The position numbers were made by a program, and so were the translations under genes. From Acidobacteriota bacterium (GTDB taxonomy: Bacteria; Acidobacteriota; UBA6911; JACQSX01), in NCBI GenBank assembly GCA_036507075.1, contig DASXQR010000048.1, positions 13,697 to 77,696 of the forward strand: a DNA stretch of 64,000 bases. The letters are read 5' to 3'. Position 1 is the first letter of the stretch, and each line of letters starts with the position of its first letter. The notes beneath the pieces were generated by a model. It was given only the letters and a program-made list of their open reading frames with translations, was not told where the DNA came from and did no database searches. This document shows positions 19,043 to 29,401 of the stretch, piece after piece.

Positions 19043-21760
19043 TCAGGCTAATGTTTCCTGCACGAGCGCGTTTTGTTCCAGCAGGTGTTGCTTATGGGAG
19101 CCGGTGGCCGGGCTGGCTGCTTCCGGTCGCCCGATGTACCTGAGTTTCTGCCCTTTGGACAGGAGTTGCTCCAGGCACGGTTCAACAAAGGTCCAGGCGC
19201 CCATGTTTTTCGGTTCTTCCTGCGCCCAGACGACATCGCCGCAGTCCGGCCATCGCGCCAACTGCTCTTTGACCCGGGCGCCAAGGAGCGGATAAAGCTG
19301 CTCTATTCGAACGAACGCGATATCGTCTATCTTTGATTTCTCCCGCTCGCGCAACAGGTCGTAGTAGAACTTTCCGGAACAGAAAACAAGCCTTCGAATA
19401 TTTCTGCCCGCGGCCTTATCTTCGAGTACCTCCTGAAATCTTGACTGCGTAAAGTCGTCCAGCACCGATGCGGCAGGGGCATAACGGAGCAGGCTCTTTG
19501 GAGACATGATGATCAAAGGCTTGCGGAAAGGGCGCAGCATCTGCCGGCGCAGGGCGTGGAAATACTGCGAGGGCGTCGTCAGGTTTACCACCTGGATGTT
19601 GTCTTCGGCGCTCAACTGCAGGAATCGCTCCACCCGGGCGCTGGAGTGTTCGGCGCCCTGTCCTTCAAAACCGTGGGGAAGAAGCAGCATCAATCCGCTC
19701 ATCCGTCCCCACTTGACTTCGGAACTGGCGATAAACTGGTCGATGATGATTTGCGCCCCGTTCCCAAAATCTCCGAACTGAGCCTCCCAGATGGTGAGGG
19801 CGGCCGGGTTGCCCGTCGTGTAGCCGAATTCAAATCCCACCGCCGCCAGCTCGGAAAGGGGGCTGTTGAAGATGCTCAGCCTCGCCTGCTGGTCGGAGAG
19901 ATGATTCAGCGGCACGTAGGGCTCGCCGGTTTCCACGTCATACAGCACCGCATGCCGATGGCTGAAGGTGCCGCGGCAGGTGTCCTGGCCCGTCAGGCGC
20001 ACGTGCACTTTTTCTTCCAGCAGACTGCCCAGGGCGAGCGCCTCGGCTGTCCCCCAGTCGAAGCCGCGGCCTGTTTCGGCCATGCGCAGGCGCTCTTCCA
20101 GCATCGGTTGCAGCTTGGGATGAAGATGGAAAGATTCGGGAACCGTGGCGATCCCGCGCGCAATTCGTCGCAATGTCTCGGCCGGCACGGCGGTGTCCAC
20201 GGGAGCTTCCAATTCGCTCCGGGTGGCGCGGTGGTAACCGGCCCAGGTGCTGTGAAGAGTCTGAGCCTGTTCGGCCGGGGTCATTTCGCGCGTGGTGTCG
20301 AGCGCTTCCTGCAATTCGCGCTTGAAGTTCTGCTCCATTTCGCGCGCCATTTCGGCTTCCAGGTCGCCGCGCCGCACCAGCTCGTCCGTGTACAGGCTGC
20401 GCACGGCGGGGTGCTCACGAATTCTCCGATACATCGTCGGCTGCGTGAATGACGGCTCATCTCCTTCATTATGGCCGTGGCGCCGGTAGCAGAGCATGTC
20501 AATGACAATGTCGCGGTGAAATGTTTGCCGGAATTCCACCGCCAGCCGGACACAGTGAATCACCGCCTCCGGGTCGTCGCCATTGACGTGAAGCGCGGGC
20601 GCCAGGACGATCTTTGCAATATCGGAAGCGTAACGGGTGGACCGGGCGTCCTTCGGGTCGGTGGTAAACCCGATCTGGTTGTTCAGGATCAGATGGATGG
20701 TCCCGCCCGTAGTGTATCCTTCCAGCTTTGAAAGGTTCAGCGTCTCGGCGACGGATCCCTGTCCCGGAAACGCGGCATCACCGTGGATCAGAAACGGAAG
20801 CACACGCATCCGGTCTCGATCGCCACGCAGGTACTGTCGTGCCCGCACCGCGCCTTCCACCACCGGATTGACCGCTTCCAGGTGGCTGGGGTTGGCGGCC
20901 AGGCTGATGCGGATTTTTTGACCGGAAGATGTTTCGTAGCTTCCGGAAAATCCCTTGTGGTATTTGACGTCGCCGCTGCCTTCTACCGCCCCCGGGATGT
21001 ATTGATCTTCAAATTCACTGAAGATCATCTCGTAGGTCTTGTTGAGGATGTTGGCCAGCACGTTGAGGCGTCCGCGGTGCGCCATGCCTATGATCATGTC
21101 ATCCACACCGAGCTGGGCGCCATAATCAATCAATTCCGCCATTGCCGGAATGAGCGTCTCCCCTCCTTCCAGCGAGAACCGTTTCTGTCCCACGTACTTG
21201 CTGTGCAGAAATTTCTCGAAGATTTCCGCCTTGTTCAAGTTGGACAATATCGTCCTCTTGTTTTCCAGCGTGAGAGAAGGGCGGTTGTGCTGCGGTTCGA
21301 TTCGCGCCTGAAACCAGTGCTCGATTGTGGGATCCTGAAGATCCATGTATTCAACACCGATGGTGCCGCAGTAGATCTGTTTCAGCGTCTCGACGATCCG
21401 GCGCAGGGTAACCGGAGACTGATCGATAAAAGAGACGCCCGGGAAGGAACAGTCCAGATCGGCGTCGGAGAGCCCGAAATTGCTCATTTCGAGCTGGGGA
21501 TGGCTCTCCAGATTGTTCAGCCCCAATGGATCGAGCCGGGCGATCAGGTGGCCCCATTTCCGGTAAGCTTCGATCAGGTCCTGCACGCGCGTATCAAAGC
21601 TGTATCCGGGAACGGCGCCCCGAAGGCCGCCGTCGTGCGCGAATTCCATTCCTTCGAAAAAGAAGCGCCAGCTCGGCTCGACGGATGCAGGGTCTTGGAG
21701 AAACTTCTGGTAAACAGACTCGATGTATTCTGCATTGGCCAGGCCCAACTCTGCCTTCAT
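19043..21760 (-). CDS. sucA: 2-oxoglutarate dehydrogenase E1
   Basis: [29 protein letters not shown] (TPP), [22 protein letters not shown]. Confidence 0.96.
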   Translation of the reverse strand: MKAELGLANAEYIESVYQKFLQDPASVEPSWRFFFEGMEFAHDGGLRGAVPGYSFDTRVQDLIEAYRKWGHLIARLDPLGLNNLESHPQLEMSNFGLSDADLDCSFPGVSFIDQSPVTLRRIVETLKQIYCGTIGVEYMDLQDPTIEHWFQARIEPQHNRPSLTLENKRTILSNLNKAEIFEKFLHSKYVGQKRFSLEGGETLIPAMAELIDYGAQLGVDDMIIGMAHRGRLNVLANILNKTYEMIFSEFEDQYIPGAVEGSGDVKYHKGFSGSYETSSGQKIRISLAANPSHLEAVNPVVEGAVRARQYLRGDRDRMRVLPFLIHGDAAFPGQGSVAETLNLSKLEGYTTGGTIHLILNNQIGFTTDPKDARSTRYASDIAKIVLAPALHVNGDDPEAVIHCVRLAVEFRQTFHRDIVIDMLCYRRHGHNEGDEPSFTQPTMYRRIREHPAVRSLYTDELVRRGDLEAEMAREMEQNFKRELQEALDTTREMTPAEQAQTLHSTWAGYHRATRSELEAPVDTAVPAETLRRIARGIATVPESFHLHPKLQPMLEERLRMAETGRGFDWGTAEALALGSLLEEKVHVRLTGQDTCRGTFSHRHAVLYDVETGEPYVPLNHLSDQQARLSIFNSPLSELAAVGFEFGYTTGNPAALTIWEAQFGDFGNGAQIIIDQFIASSEVKWGRMSGLMLLLPHGFEGQGAEHSSARVERFLQLSAEDNIQVVNLTTPSQYFHALRRQMLRPFRKPLIIMSPKSLLRYAPAASVLDDFTQSRFQEVLEDKAAGRNIRRLVFCSGKFYYDLLREREKSKIDDIAFVRIEQLYPLLGARVKEQLARWPDCGDVVWAQEEPKNMGAWTFVEPCLEQLLSKGQKLRYIGRPEAASPATGSHKQHLLEQNALVQETLA

Positions 21761-21818
21761 TGTTCAAGACCCTCGATTTTCACTGCGTGACGGTGCACTT
21801 TCACAGTATAAGAGGGAA

Positions 21819-23198
21819 ATGTCGGCTTTTGAAGCTGAAGCAAATTCTGCAACCAAAGCACAACTCGTGAGGAGCCTCGGATTCTGGGCGTCCACGGGAA
21901 TCGTTATCGGCGTTACCATCGGCTCCGGGATATTCCGAACTCCCGCCGGAATCGCTTCGCGCGTACCCAATCCCGCTCTGATGCTGTCGATCTGGGCGTT
22001 CGGCGGCCTGATTACCATTTGTGGAACGCTGACACTGGCCGAGCTTGGCGGACTCTTTCCCGACACGGGCGGGCTATACGTATACATTCGTGAAGCATGG
22101 GGCAGGCTGCCGGCATTTCTGTTCGGCTGGTCTCAACTGGTGCTGATCAGAGCGGCCGCGCTGGGAGCAATTTCGACGGTGTTTGCGGAATATTTTCTGC
22201 GCTCCATCGGATTCAATCCCGACGTTTATCCTGCTTCGGTTCATTGGATCGCCGCCGCGGCGATCGGATTCGCGACTCTGGTGAACATCCGCGGCGTCCA
22301 GTTCGGGGCCGCCGTCGTAGGGGGCGCGACGGTAGGGAAATACGGCTCGCTTGCCGTGCTGGTAATTGCTTCGATGCTTCTGGGCGGAAGTCGAGGCGGG
22401 AGCTTCCAACATTTCACGGCGACCGGGACGGTGAATCCAGGCCTTTTCGGCCTGGCGTTGATTTCCGTGCTTTGGGCCTATGACGGATGGGCGGATCTTT
22501 CGTTTATCGGAGGAGAAGTAACGAACCCGCAGCGTAATCTTCCTCGAGCGCTCATCTTTGGGACCTTGTGCGTGCTGGTGATCTACCTGCTGGCCAACGT
22601 GGCTTACCTCTATATGAATCCGATTCAGCAGGTAGCGAAATCGCGTTTGATCGCCGCCGACGTGATGTTTGCGCTGTTCGGGCGGCTCGGGGTGGCTCTG
22701 GTCTCCGTGACGGTGATGATTTCAACGTTTGGGGCGGTGAACGCAAGCATGCTGACTTCGCCGCGAATCTTCTTTGCGCAGGCAGATGATCGCCTCTTTT
22801 TCAAATCCATTGCCAGAGTGCATCCGCGGTATCACACTCCTTATGTTGCCATCGGAATGACGGGAGCGCTGGGAATTCTGTTTGTGCTCACCAGGACATT
22901 TGAACAACTCTCCGATACATTTGTGTTGGCCATGTGGCCGTTTTATGCCCTTTCGGTCGCGGCCGTTTACCGTCTGAGACGCAGCCGCCCCGAAGCGATA
23001 CGCCCCTACCGCACACCCGCCTACCCGGTGCTGCCGTTAGTATTCATTGCCGGCGTCGGCTACATCATGGTCAATGCCTTTGTGACCGAGATGCTCTGGA
23101 GCAGCATCGTATTCGGGATCGTCCTGGCCGGTGTTCCGGTTTACTGGTTTTACTTCGGCCGGCGTCCCGCTGCACCTGGGATAGAACCCCGGGCGTGA
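21819..23198 (+). CDS. APC-superfamily amino acid permease (LAT/SteT-like)
   Basis: IGSGIFRTP, AELGG.FP.TGG.Y.YI, WAYDGW, GEV.NP.RNLP. Confidence 0.9.
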   Translation: MSAFEAEANSATKAQLVRSLGFWASTGIVIGVTIGSGIFRTPAGIASRVPNPALMLSIWAFGGLITICGTLTLAELGGLFPDTGGLYVYIREAWGRLPAFLFGWSQLVLIRAAALGAISTVFAEYFLRSIGFNPDVYPASVHWIAAAAIGFATLVNIRGVQFGAAVVGGATVGKYGSLAVLVIASMLLGGSRGGSFQHFTATGTVNPGLFGLALISVLWAYDGWADLSFIGGEVTNPQRNLPRALIFGTLCVLVIYLLANVAYLYMNPIQQVAKSRLIAADVMFALFGRLGVALVSVTVMISTFGAVNASMLTSPRIFFAQADDRLFFKSIARVHPRYHTPYVAIGMTGALGILFVLTRTFEQLSDTFVLAMWPFYALSVAAVYRLRRSRPEAIRPYRTPAYPVLPLVFIAGVGYIMVNAFVTEMLWSSIVFGIVLAGVPVYWFYFGRRPAAPGIEPRA

Positions 23199-23266
23199 GA
23201 ACATGAGAAAAAATTAACCGCGAAGGCGCGAAAGCGCGAAAGCAAAAATTGCTCTAGTCCTTCTGA

Positions 23267-24355
23267 ATGGCCAGAACCACAGAAATTTCATTACTTAGTC
23301 ATAGTTCGGCAACCGGTGATCTATTTATTTCGCGCCTTCGCGCCTTCGCGGTTCCGGCTTTTTTTTTGCTGTCAACTGCCTGTTTCTTGAGGGCTGCAGA
23401 ATCGGGAGCTTTCAGTACTCCTGCCGCTGTTTCTTCGGAGAATCCTACCAGCGCTCAATTCGAGTTTAGAGGAACCGTCGTGCAGCCGAATCAGAAGCCT
23501 TTCGGGAATGTTCTGCCGGTGGTGTTTCTACGCGGCGCAATCACTCCCTTTACTTCCCAAACGCTGGCGGACGGCGCTGGAAAATTCAAGTTCAAGAATC
23601 TCCAGCAGGGTATGTACACGCTGACCGTCGCCATTCCCAATGCCGGCCAGACGCAACAGACCATTGAAGTCGGCCCCAGTGTGGCTGATGCAAAGCGGAT
23701 AGTCCGGAAGACCATCGTCTTTGATTCCAGTTCCGATCGTGAGTCGCATGTGGTGTCGGCGCGCCAATTGTCCGTCCCCGATAACGCGCGCATGCTTTAC
23801 CAGAAAGCGGAGGAGAGGTTAGGAAAACGGGATACACCCGGCGCCATAAAGCTTCTGGAAAGAGCGGTCGAACTCGCGCCTCAGTTTTCTACAGCCTGGA
23901 ATCATCTTGGAACGATTGCTTACCAGACTCAGCGGTATGATCAGGCCGAACAGTATTTCCGTGAGGCCCTCAAGCAGGATCCCGATTCCTATGCTCCTTT
24001 AGTCAACCTGGGAGGTACTTTGCTGGCGAAAGGAAAAGTGGAAGAATCGCTTCAGGTGAATCTCCGGGCGGTCAAGGCCCGGCCCGACGATGCGCTGGGC
24101 CACTCGCAGCTTGGGCAGAGTTATTTTCTGCTGGGACAACTCGACGATGCCGAGACGCAGTTAAAACAGGCCAAGGCGCTCGACCCGATGCATTTTTCGC
24201 TCCCACAACTGCTCCTGACCAAAATCCATCAGGCCAGGGCGGACTACCCTGCAATGATTCGCGAGTTGGAAGAGTTCCTGCGCCTTCATCCCGATTCCGA
24301 CCTGGCGCCACGCATGCGCGAACTGCTGGAGAAGGTCCGACCCTGGGGCCGATGA
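23267..24355 (+). CDS. Carboxypeptidase-regulatory-like domain plus TPR repeat protein
   Basis: GKFKFKNL..G.YTL.V; VS.RQL.VP..A; several TPRs; start uncertain. Confidence 0.8.
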   Translation: MARTTEISLLSHSSATGDLFISRLRAFAVPAFFLLSTACFLRAAESGAFSTPAAVSSENPTSAQFEFRGTVVQPNQKPFGNVLPVVFLRGAITPFTSQTLADGAGKFKFKNLQQGMYTLTVAIPNAGQTQQTIEVGPSVADAKRIVRKTIVFDSSSDRESHVVSARQLSVPDNARMLYQKAEERLGKRDTPGAIKLLERAVELAPQFSTAWNHLGTIAYQTQRYDQAEQYFREALKQDPDSYAPLVNLGGTLLAKGKVEESLQVNLRAVKARPDDALGHSQLGQSYFLLGQLDDAETQLKQAKALDPMHFSLPQLLLTKIHQARADYPAMIRELEEFLRLHPDSDLAPRMRELLEKVRPWGR

Positions 24356-24550
24356 GTCCGTTGTCAGTGGTCCGTTGTCAGTTGTCCGTTGTCCACTGTC
24401 AGTTGTCGAAGGGTAGTAATGAAGCGGGAGCACTGGGGATTACTCGACTACGCGGTAACAACCTGCCACGGACAACGGACCACTGACAACGGACCACGGA
24501 CAAGATTAGAGCAATTTCGCTTTCGCGCCTTCGCGGTGAATTTCTTCTCA
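24356..24550. repeat. Inverted pair of TCCGTTG/TCAGTTG heptamer arrays, followed by a TTCGCGCC 8-mer end
   Basis: Left ~24356-24407, right ~24468-24503; same family at 63576-63737. Confidence 0.85.
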
Positions 24551-24585
24551 CGGGCCTGTCCGAGACGCGTGTCGGTTGCCTCGTC

Positions 24586-25317
24586 TCATAACTTGGCCAG
24601 CACGCGCCTGGCGAATTGTCGCAGTTGCATGGAATCGGCTCCCCGGACTTCAAATTGAAGGGCTACAGCCAGGTTATCTTTCAGTGCCAGAATCTCAACC
24701 CTTGTGCGTTCCTCGTGGGTTCTGGAAAAGGCTGGAACGCCGGCGTCGGCAAGCAGGAGCGGCAGTCGCGGTCCGATATTCGGGTCGCCTCCCCGCTTTC
24801 GCACCAGGGCGCAATAGAGTTCGTGGTAACGACGGAATGCAGTCGATTCAGGATAAGTAAAGTAGCCGCTGAAATCAATGTCTTCGAGAATGGCAGTCCC
24901 GCCGGGGCGTAGACAGCCGTAGAGGGCTCGAACGATGCGAGCGGGATCGTCAAGATGTGTAAGCAGGAACCTTGCGTAGACGACGTCAAAGGCTTTCCCG
25001 ATGTCATCGGTGCGAACATCGGCAACGCGAAACTGCACGTTGCTGATTCCCAGCTCTTCGGCTTCGCGACGGGCGAGATTGAGGTTTGTCTCATTTATGT
25101 CGACACCCAGGACGCTCCCGCCCGGACCAACGTGCCTGCACATCTCGAATGTCGCATCTCCTCCGCCGCAGCCGACATCCAGGCAAGCCATTCCATCGGC
25201 AAGTCCCAAACGGGAAAAAAGAGAGCTGGTGCTGGCGTGCATGACGCGCGAAAGAAGTCTGAGACGTTCTCGACCTTCGACCCCGCCCCGCATCACGTAG
25301 TGATCCTGTTTTCGCAT
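24586..25317 (-). CDS. Class I SAM-dependent methyltransferase; C-terminus possibly replaced or truncated
   Basis: CLDVGCGGGD, FDVVYARFLLTHL.DP, LRPGG..ILED, GGDP.IG.RLP.LL.DAG. Confidence 0.8.
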   Translation of the reverse strand: MRKQDHYVMRGGVEGRERLRLLSRVMHASTSSLFSRLGLADGMACLDVGCGGGDATFEMCRHVGPGGSVLGVDINETNLNLARREAEELGISNVQFRVADVRTDDIGKAFDVVYARFLLTHLDDPARIVRALYGCLRPGGTAILEDIDFSGYFTYPESTAFRRYHELYCALVRKRGGDPNIGPRLPLLLADAGVPAFSRTHEERTRVEILALKDNLAVALQFEVRGADSMQLRQFARRVLAKL

Positions 25318-25403
25318 TTTATTTCGTTAAAGCTGCGCCGTCGCCAGCCGCAGAACACGACCGGAAGGGAGCGGCGCACCAATACGCTATAAAACTGGAA
25401 TCG

Positions 25404-26078
25404 CTATGCTGGAACTATTTTGAAGTTAGCGAAATCTCCGCCGGAGTTGTTCCCCACCCATAGACCCACCAATCCTTTCTTGCGGTCGCTTAACTGGTTG
25501 ACGACTAAGCTGGGTTCTTTCGCATCAGCGACAAAGACGCTCACCTTCGGGCTCGCGACGACAACGCGCACATGGAACCAGGCGTTCGGATCCGGCACGG
25601 GATTAACGGCCAGCTCGTACTTCCCCGGCTGCTCGGTTCGCAACTTCTGCCACGTATAGGTGGGATGAGAGATGTATTGTACGGCGCGGATGCGCCTTGC
25701 CGGGTCTTCAGCCCTGAAGTTGAACGGACGGAAGTAGATCGCATCATAAGTGGTTCCATCAACGCCATGAAAAGCAACACCGACGAAGCTCTGTTGCTGA
25801 ACGTCCTTGCCCTTGACATCAAGGTCAATGGTGCCATTGGTGAACTCAATCCCTTGCAGGTACGCTACGCCGTCGCCGGGGTTTTCACTAAGACGAACAC
25901 CTTTCTTAGCTCCGTCGTTGAGGCTGCTTACGCTGCGGTTGAAGACTTTCAAGCCTTTTCCTTCGGCAAGCTCAGCTAGATCAGGCTCGATCGTTTTCTT
26001 CTGACCGACAATCCTGGTAGCAGTGGACAGTCCAACGGCACAGGCAAACGTAGAGATTACAAAATCACGTCTGTTCAT
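25404..26078 (-). CDS. Tat-exported concanavalin-like/DUF1080-like beta-sandwich protein
   Basis: MNRRDFV twin-arginine signal; FVGVAFH, YFRPFNF, WFHVRVVV, GLWVGN. Confidence 0.65.
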   Translation of the reverse strand: MNRRDFVISTFACAVGLSTATRIVGQKKTIEPDLAELAEGKGLKVFNRSVSSLNDGAKKGVRLSENPGDGVAYLQGIEFTNGTIDLDVKGKDVQQQSFVGVAFHGVDGTTYDAIYFRPFNFRAEDPARRIRAVQYISHPTYTWQKLRTEQPGKYELAVNPVPDPNAWFHVRVVVASPKVSVFVADAKEPSLVVNQLSDRKKGLVGLWVGNNSGGDFANFKIVPA

Positions 26079-27133
26079 AGCTTTCCTTTCGTTTTGAGCT
26101 GATTATCGAAAAAGGCTTTCATGGACGCGAAGGCTTCCAGGGTGAAGCGGTGCTCGCCTGGCGGTTGGTGGATGACGAGAGCATCAGGCGCGCCGGCCTT
26201 CAGATACGCCGGGCGCACTATCCCGATAAACGCATCCACACCCTGTTTTGGCATTCCGATATCCTGTTGCGGAGCCCACAGCATGAGAGGTCGCGGCGCC
26301 ATGGCGGCGGCGAAATACGCCTGGTCTCCCTTCTGTAACATCCCCGGAATCCACCAGTAAAGACCATGATAGGCCGGAGTGCCGCGCTCCAGCAGCGATT
26401 GAACGGATCCGACTCCGCCGCAGATCGGCGCGGCGGCGGCAATTCGGTCGTCCGCCAGCCAGGTGTAAAAGGCAGTAATGCCGCCAAACGACATGCCTGT
26501 AATTCCAATTCGGGCCCGGTCTACGTCGGGACGCTGGCGCAGGTATGTGATCGCCTGCCGGATCTCGTAAACAATCGCCCCCATGAGCGTGCGCCCGCCC
26601 ACCAGCATTGCTTTTGCCTGGTCGTTTGTGTCGGGCGTCCTCCGATCCAGTCCGCGCTGAGTCAACGACAATGTAAGATAGCCGTGACGAGACAACTCTC
26701 GGGCCCACCCCAGCAACCTCTGGTGAGGAACCTTATCTCCCGGTCGGAGCCAGTCCCCTTCGCCGAATGTCCGCGTTGTCTCTGACTCTCGACTGCCGCC
26801 CGTGCCATGAAGGCAGATGATCGCCGGAAAAGGTCCCCTGCCTTCCTTGGGACGGATTACAAATGCCGTCGGTCTTTGCTGATCAAGGGACTCCCAGGAG
26901 ACATCCTGGATCAACAACCCTTCTTCGTCGTTACTGGATTGAACAGATACGGCTACTGGCGGCGGAGCAGCACTGATCTTCAACAGATCTGCAAAAATCC
27001 GTCGCGCCTCTGTTGCAGAAAGAGCACTGGCCGCCGCCAGCAGCACTGCAAGCCGCAACGCTCCGAACTGGACGCTGAAGCTGACAAAAGCCATCAGGAC
27101 CGCGGATCGCTTAATGTGTCTTTGAGTCTTCAT
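26075..27133 (-). CDS. Secreted alpha/beta hydrolase (dienelactone hydrolase/acetyl xylan esterase-like)
   Basis: PAIICLHG; RPDVD..RIG.TGMSFGG (nucleophile GxSxG); C-terminal GEH. Confidence 0.82.
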   Translation of the reverse strand: MKTQRHIKRSAVLMAFVSFSVQFGALRLAVLLAAASALSATEARRIFADLLKISAAPPPVAVSVQSSNDEEGLLIQDVSWESLDQQRPTAFVIRPKEGRGPFPAIICLHGTGGSRESETTRTFGEGDWLRPGDKVPHQRLLGWARELSRHGYLTLSLTQRGLDRRTPDTNDQAKAMLVGGRTLMGAIVYEIRQAITYLRQRPDVDRARIGITGMSFGGITAFYTWLADDRIAAAAPICGGVGSVQSLLERGTPAYHGLYWWIPGMLQKGDQAYFAAAMAPRPLMLWAPQQDIGMPKQGVDAFIGIVRPAYLKAGAPDALVIHQPPGEHRFTLEAFASMKAFFDNQLKTKGKL

Positions 27134-27370
27134 TTGCCCTTTTCCTTAAGTCTACAGGCTGTGGATTCGCAACACTGCTTTCACCGCAGAGACGCCAAGA
27201 TCGCCGAGTCTCGCAGAGTCCATAAATCAGGCTCTGCGACATTTCAGCGTGCTCTGCGAAGGCGGCGAATGCCACGATGCCGTCTTCACAAACCTGTATT
27301 CAAGGCAACACGCTTACTTCTAAAGCTTATGAATAATCCCGGGCCTGCTGTGCCGCGGGTGCAGCCCGCG

Positions 27371-28774
27371 CTACCGCGCTGGTCTTCTTGCCGCCCGGTC
27401 TTCGGGAGGCATTGTGTTCACTTTCGGCAGATGCCTGCGAAGCCTCTCCTTAATCGAAGCATACTCGGCCCGGGCGGCGAGATTCGTCCACTCCAGGGCG
27501 TCTTTGCTTTCGTCGTACAATTCCTCGCCTCCGTCGTTGTAGCGGATGTAACGCCACTTTTCGGTGCGGACCGCGTGGTTGTTATAAAGGTAAGTGGTGC
27601 GCGCAGGGCGCTCCCATTGGGCATTCGGGTTTTTCAGCAGCGGGCGGATGCTCACTCCTTCCACGTGGGCGGGTATCGGCAAACCGCAAAGTTCCATCAG
27701 CGTAGGATAGATGCTCATAAAATCCACAGTCCTGCCGCATACCGCATTGGGTTTGGTCACACCCGGTGCGATCCATATCAGAGGCGCGCGGGTTCCCTCC
27801 TCCCACAGTGTGAATTTGCGCCAATGCAGTTTTTCCCCCAGGTGCCAGCCGTGATCTCCCCACAACACGATAATCGTGTTGTCCTTGTATGCGCTCTGAT
27901 CGAGCGCGTCGAGAAGCCGTCCGATATTCATATCTGTAAAGGTGATAGCGGCAAGATACCCCTGCACCGCTTCTTTCCACCGGCCTGACTGGAGAATTTC
28001 AGCGTGATCCCCCCAGGGTTTCGCCATCTGCACACCGGCAGCAGGTATGTCCTGCAGATCTGTGTCCAAGACCGGCGGCAGTTGAATCTGGTCGAGAGGG
28101 TACATGTCGTAGTATTTTCGCGGCACGTTCCAAGGCATGTGCGGTTTGTGCACGCCGCAGGCAAGAAAGAATGGTTTATCGTGCCTGCGCTTTAGTTGGT
28201 CGATCGTCCAGGTAACGATCCGGTAATCACGCATATCTTCGTCTTTGCAGTCGAGTGGCGCAAATTTGATCCCGCCCACCCCGTCGTTCGTTCCTGTGGG
28301 CGGCGGATCAGGGCCTTCCTTCCGCAGATACGCGTCCCACTCGCTGTCGCGCCTGTAGAGCTCGTGGTAAATCTTGCCGGCCCCGGCGACAAAATATCCG
28401 TTCTTTCGAAACTGCGTCGGTAGCGTATGGCTCTCGGCAATCTGCGGCCGCCAATCCGTTCCGTTGTCGTAAACGCCGCTGGTGGAAGGAAGCAGACCGG
28501 ACATGAGCGCCGCGCGCGACGGATTGCATACCGGAGCTGCGCAGTAGCTGCGTGTGAACCGCACTCCGCGGCGCGCAATTCGATCCAGATTGGGTGTTTT
28601 TACCTGGGCATTGCGTCCCAGATAGCCCACCCAGTGATTCAAATCGTCAATCGCAATAAATAAGACGTTGGGCCTGGAGGAATGGCCGGGTTGTTCGGGC
28701 GGACGGGAAAAGAGCCAGCCTGCGGTAATGCTGAGCGCTGCGAGGACAATGCAAAGACGGCGAAGGTTCATCAT
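27371..28774 (-). CDS. Sulfatase (Cys-type formylglycine, iduronate-2-sulfatase-like)
   Basis: PNVLFIAIDDLN, CNPSRAALMSG (CxPxR), GKIYH, KPHMPW, GDHGWHLGEK. Confidence 0.92.
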   Translation of the reverse strand: MMNLRRLCIVLAALSITAGWLFSRPPEQPGHSSRPNVLFIAIDDLNHWVGYLGRNAQVKTPNLDRIARRGVRFTRSYCAAPVCNPSRAALMSGLLPSTSGVYDNGTDWRPQIAESHTLPTQFRKNGYFVAGAGKIYHELYRRDSEWDAYLRKEGPDPPPTGTNDGVGGIKFAPLDCKDEDMRDYRIVTWTIDQLKRRHDKPFFLACGVHKPHMPWNVPRKYYDMYPLDQIQLPPVLDTDLQDIPAAGVQMAKPWGDHAEILQSGRWKEAVQGYLAAITFTDMNIGRLLDALDQSAYKDNTIIVLWGDHGWHLGEKLHWRKFTLWEEGTRAPLIWIAPGVTKPNAVCGRTVDFMSIYPTLMELCGLPIPAHVEGVSIRPLLKNPNAQWERPARTTYLYNNHAVRTEKWRYIRYNDGGEELYDESKDALEWTNLAARAEYASIKERLRRHLPKVNTMPPEDRAARRPAR

Positions 28775-29034
28775 AAACACCTCGATATTTTCACTGTGCT
28801 TGATCCCAGGATCGATATCATACCTTTACCGGCGCTATGCTTGCCACGAAGACACGATGACACGAATAGCGCAGAAGGTCTTCGCCGATTTACATTACCA
28901 AGTGCCCTTAAGGTTTCCGCAGGCTCGGCCTGGGCAAGGTCATCGGAAAACGCACCTGGGGCGCCCGGCGCGCGCGCCCAGGCACATGTCCCTCGATAAT
29001 CGAAACGCCGACTATCACCTGATTCCGGGATTAG

Positions 29035-29111
29035 TGGTGGGCGCTCGCGGGCTCGAACCGCGGACCTCCGCCGTGTGAGGACGGCGCTCTAACCAACTGA
29101 GCTAAGCGCCC
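29035..29111 (-). tRNA. tRNA-Val(CAC)
   Basis: GGGCGCTTAGCTCAGTTGGTTAGAGCGCCGTCCT-CAC-ACGGCGGAGGTCCGCGGTTCGAGCCCGCGAGCGCCCACCA; full cloverleaf with encoded CCA. Confidence 0.96.
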
Positions 29112-29166
29112 CTTTTTTGCAGGGAAGAAGAGTATAACCAGCCTCGCCGTGTTACTTCAACGCCTT

Positions 29167-29375
29167 AAAGTCGAAGGTCGAATCGTCGAAAGTCAAAGGT
29201 CCAAAGTCGAAGGTCGAAGGTCAGCGCAATCATCGGTATGGCGACTGTAGGCAACGGAATGACGGGCCCTGCAGATCTTCTTGGCGATCACGATACAGAT
29301 GGTAATCCCAGGACTTTCGACCTTCGACTTTATGACTTTCGACTTTTTGGATTCGACTTTCAAACTTTCGATTTT
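29167..29375. repeat. Inverted pair of AAGGTCG/AAAGTCG heptamer arrays
   Basis: Left ~29167-29222, right ~29313-29375; single-arm copy at ~9405-9445. Confidence 0.85.
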
Positions 29376-29401
29376 AAAGGTAGTTGTGTTTTGATAATGC
29401 G

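Noticed and set aside
27326..27344. CTTATGAATAATCCCGGGC as a relic IS terminal repeat
   Set aside because: It resembles an IS-end motif I recall, but there is a single copy with no partner end or transposase in the window.
24356..29035. Genomic island integrated at tRNA-Val
   Set aside because: No integrase and no duplicated tRNA 3' end (att) found by eye.
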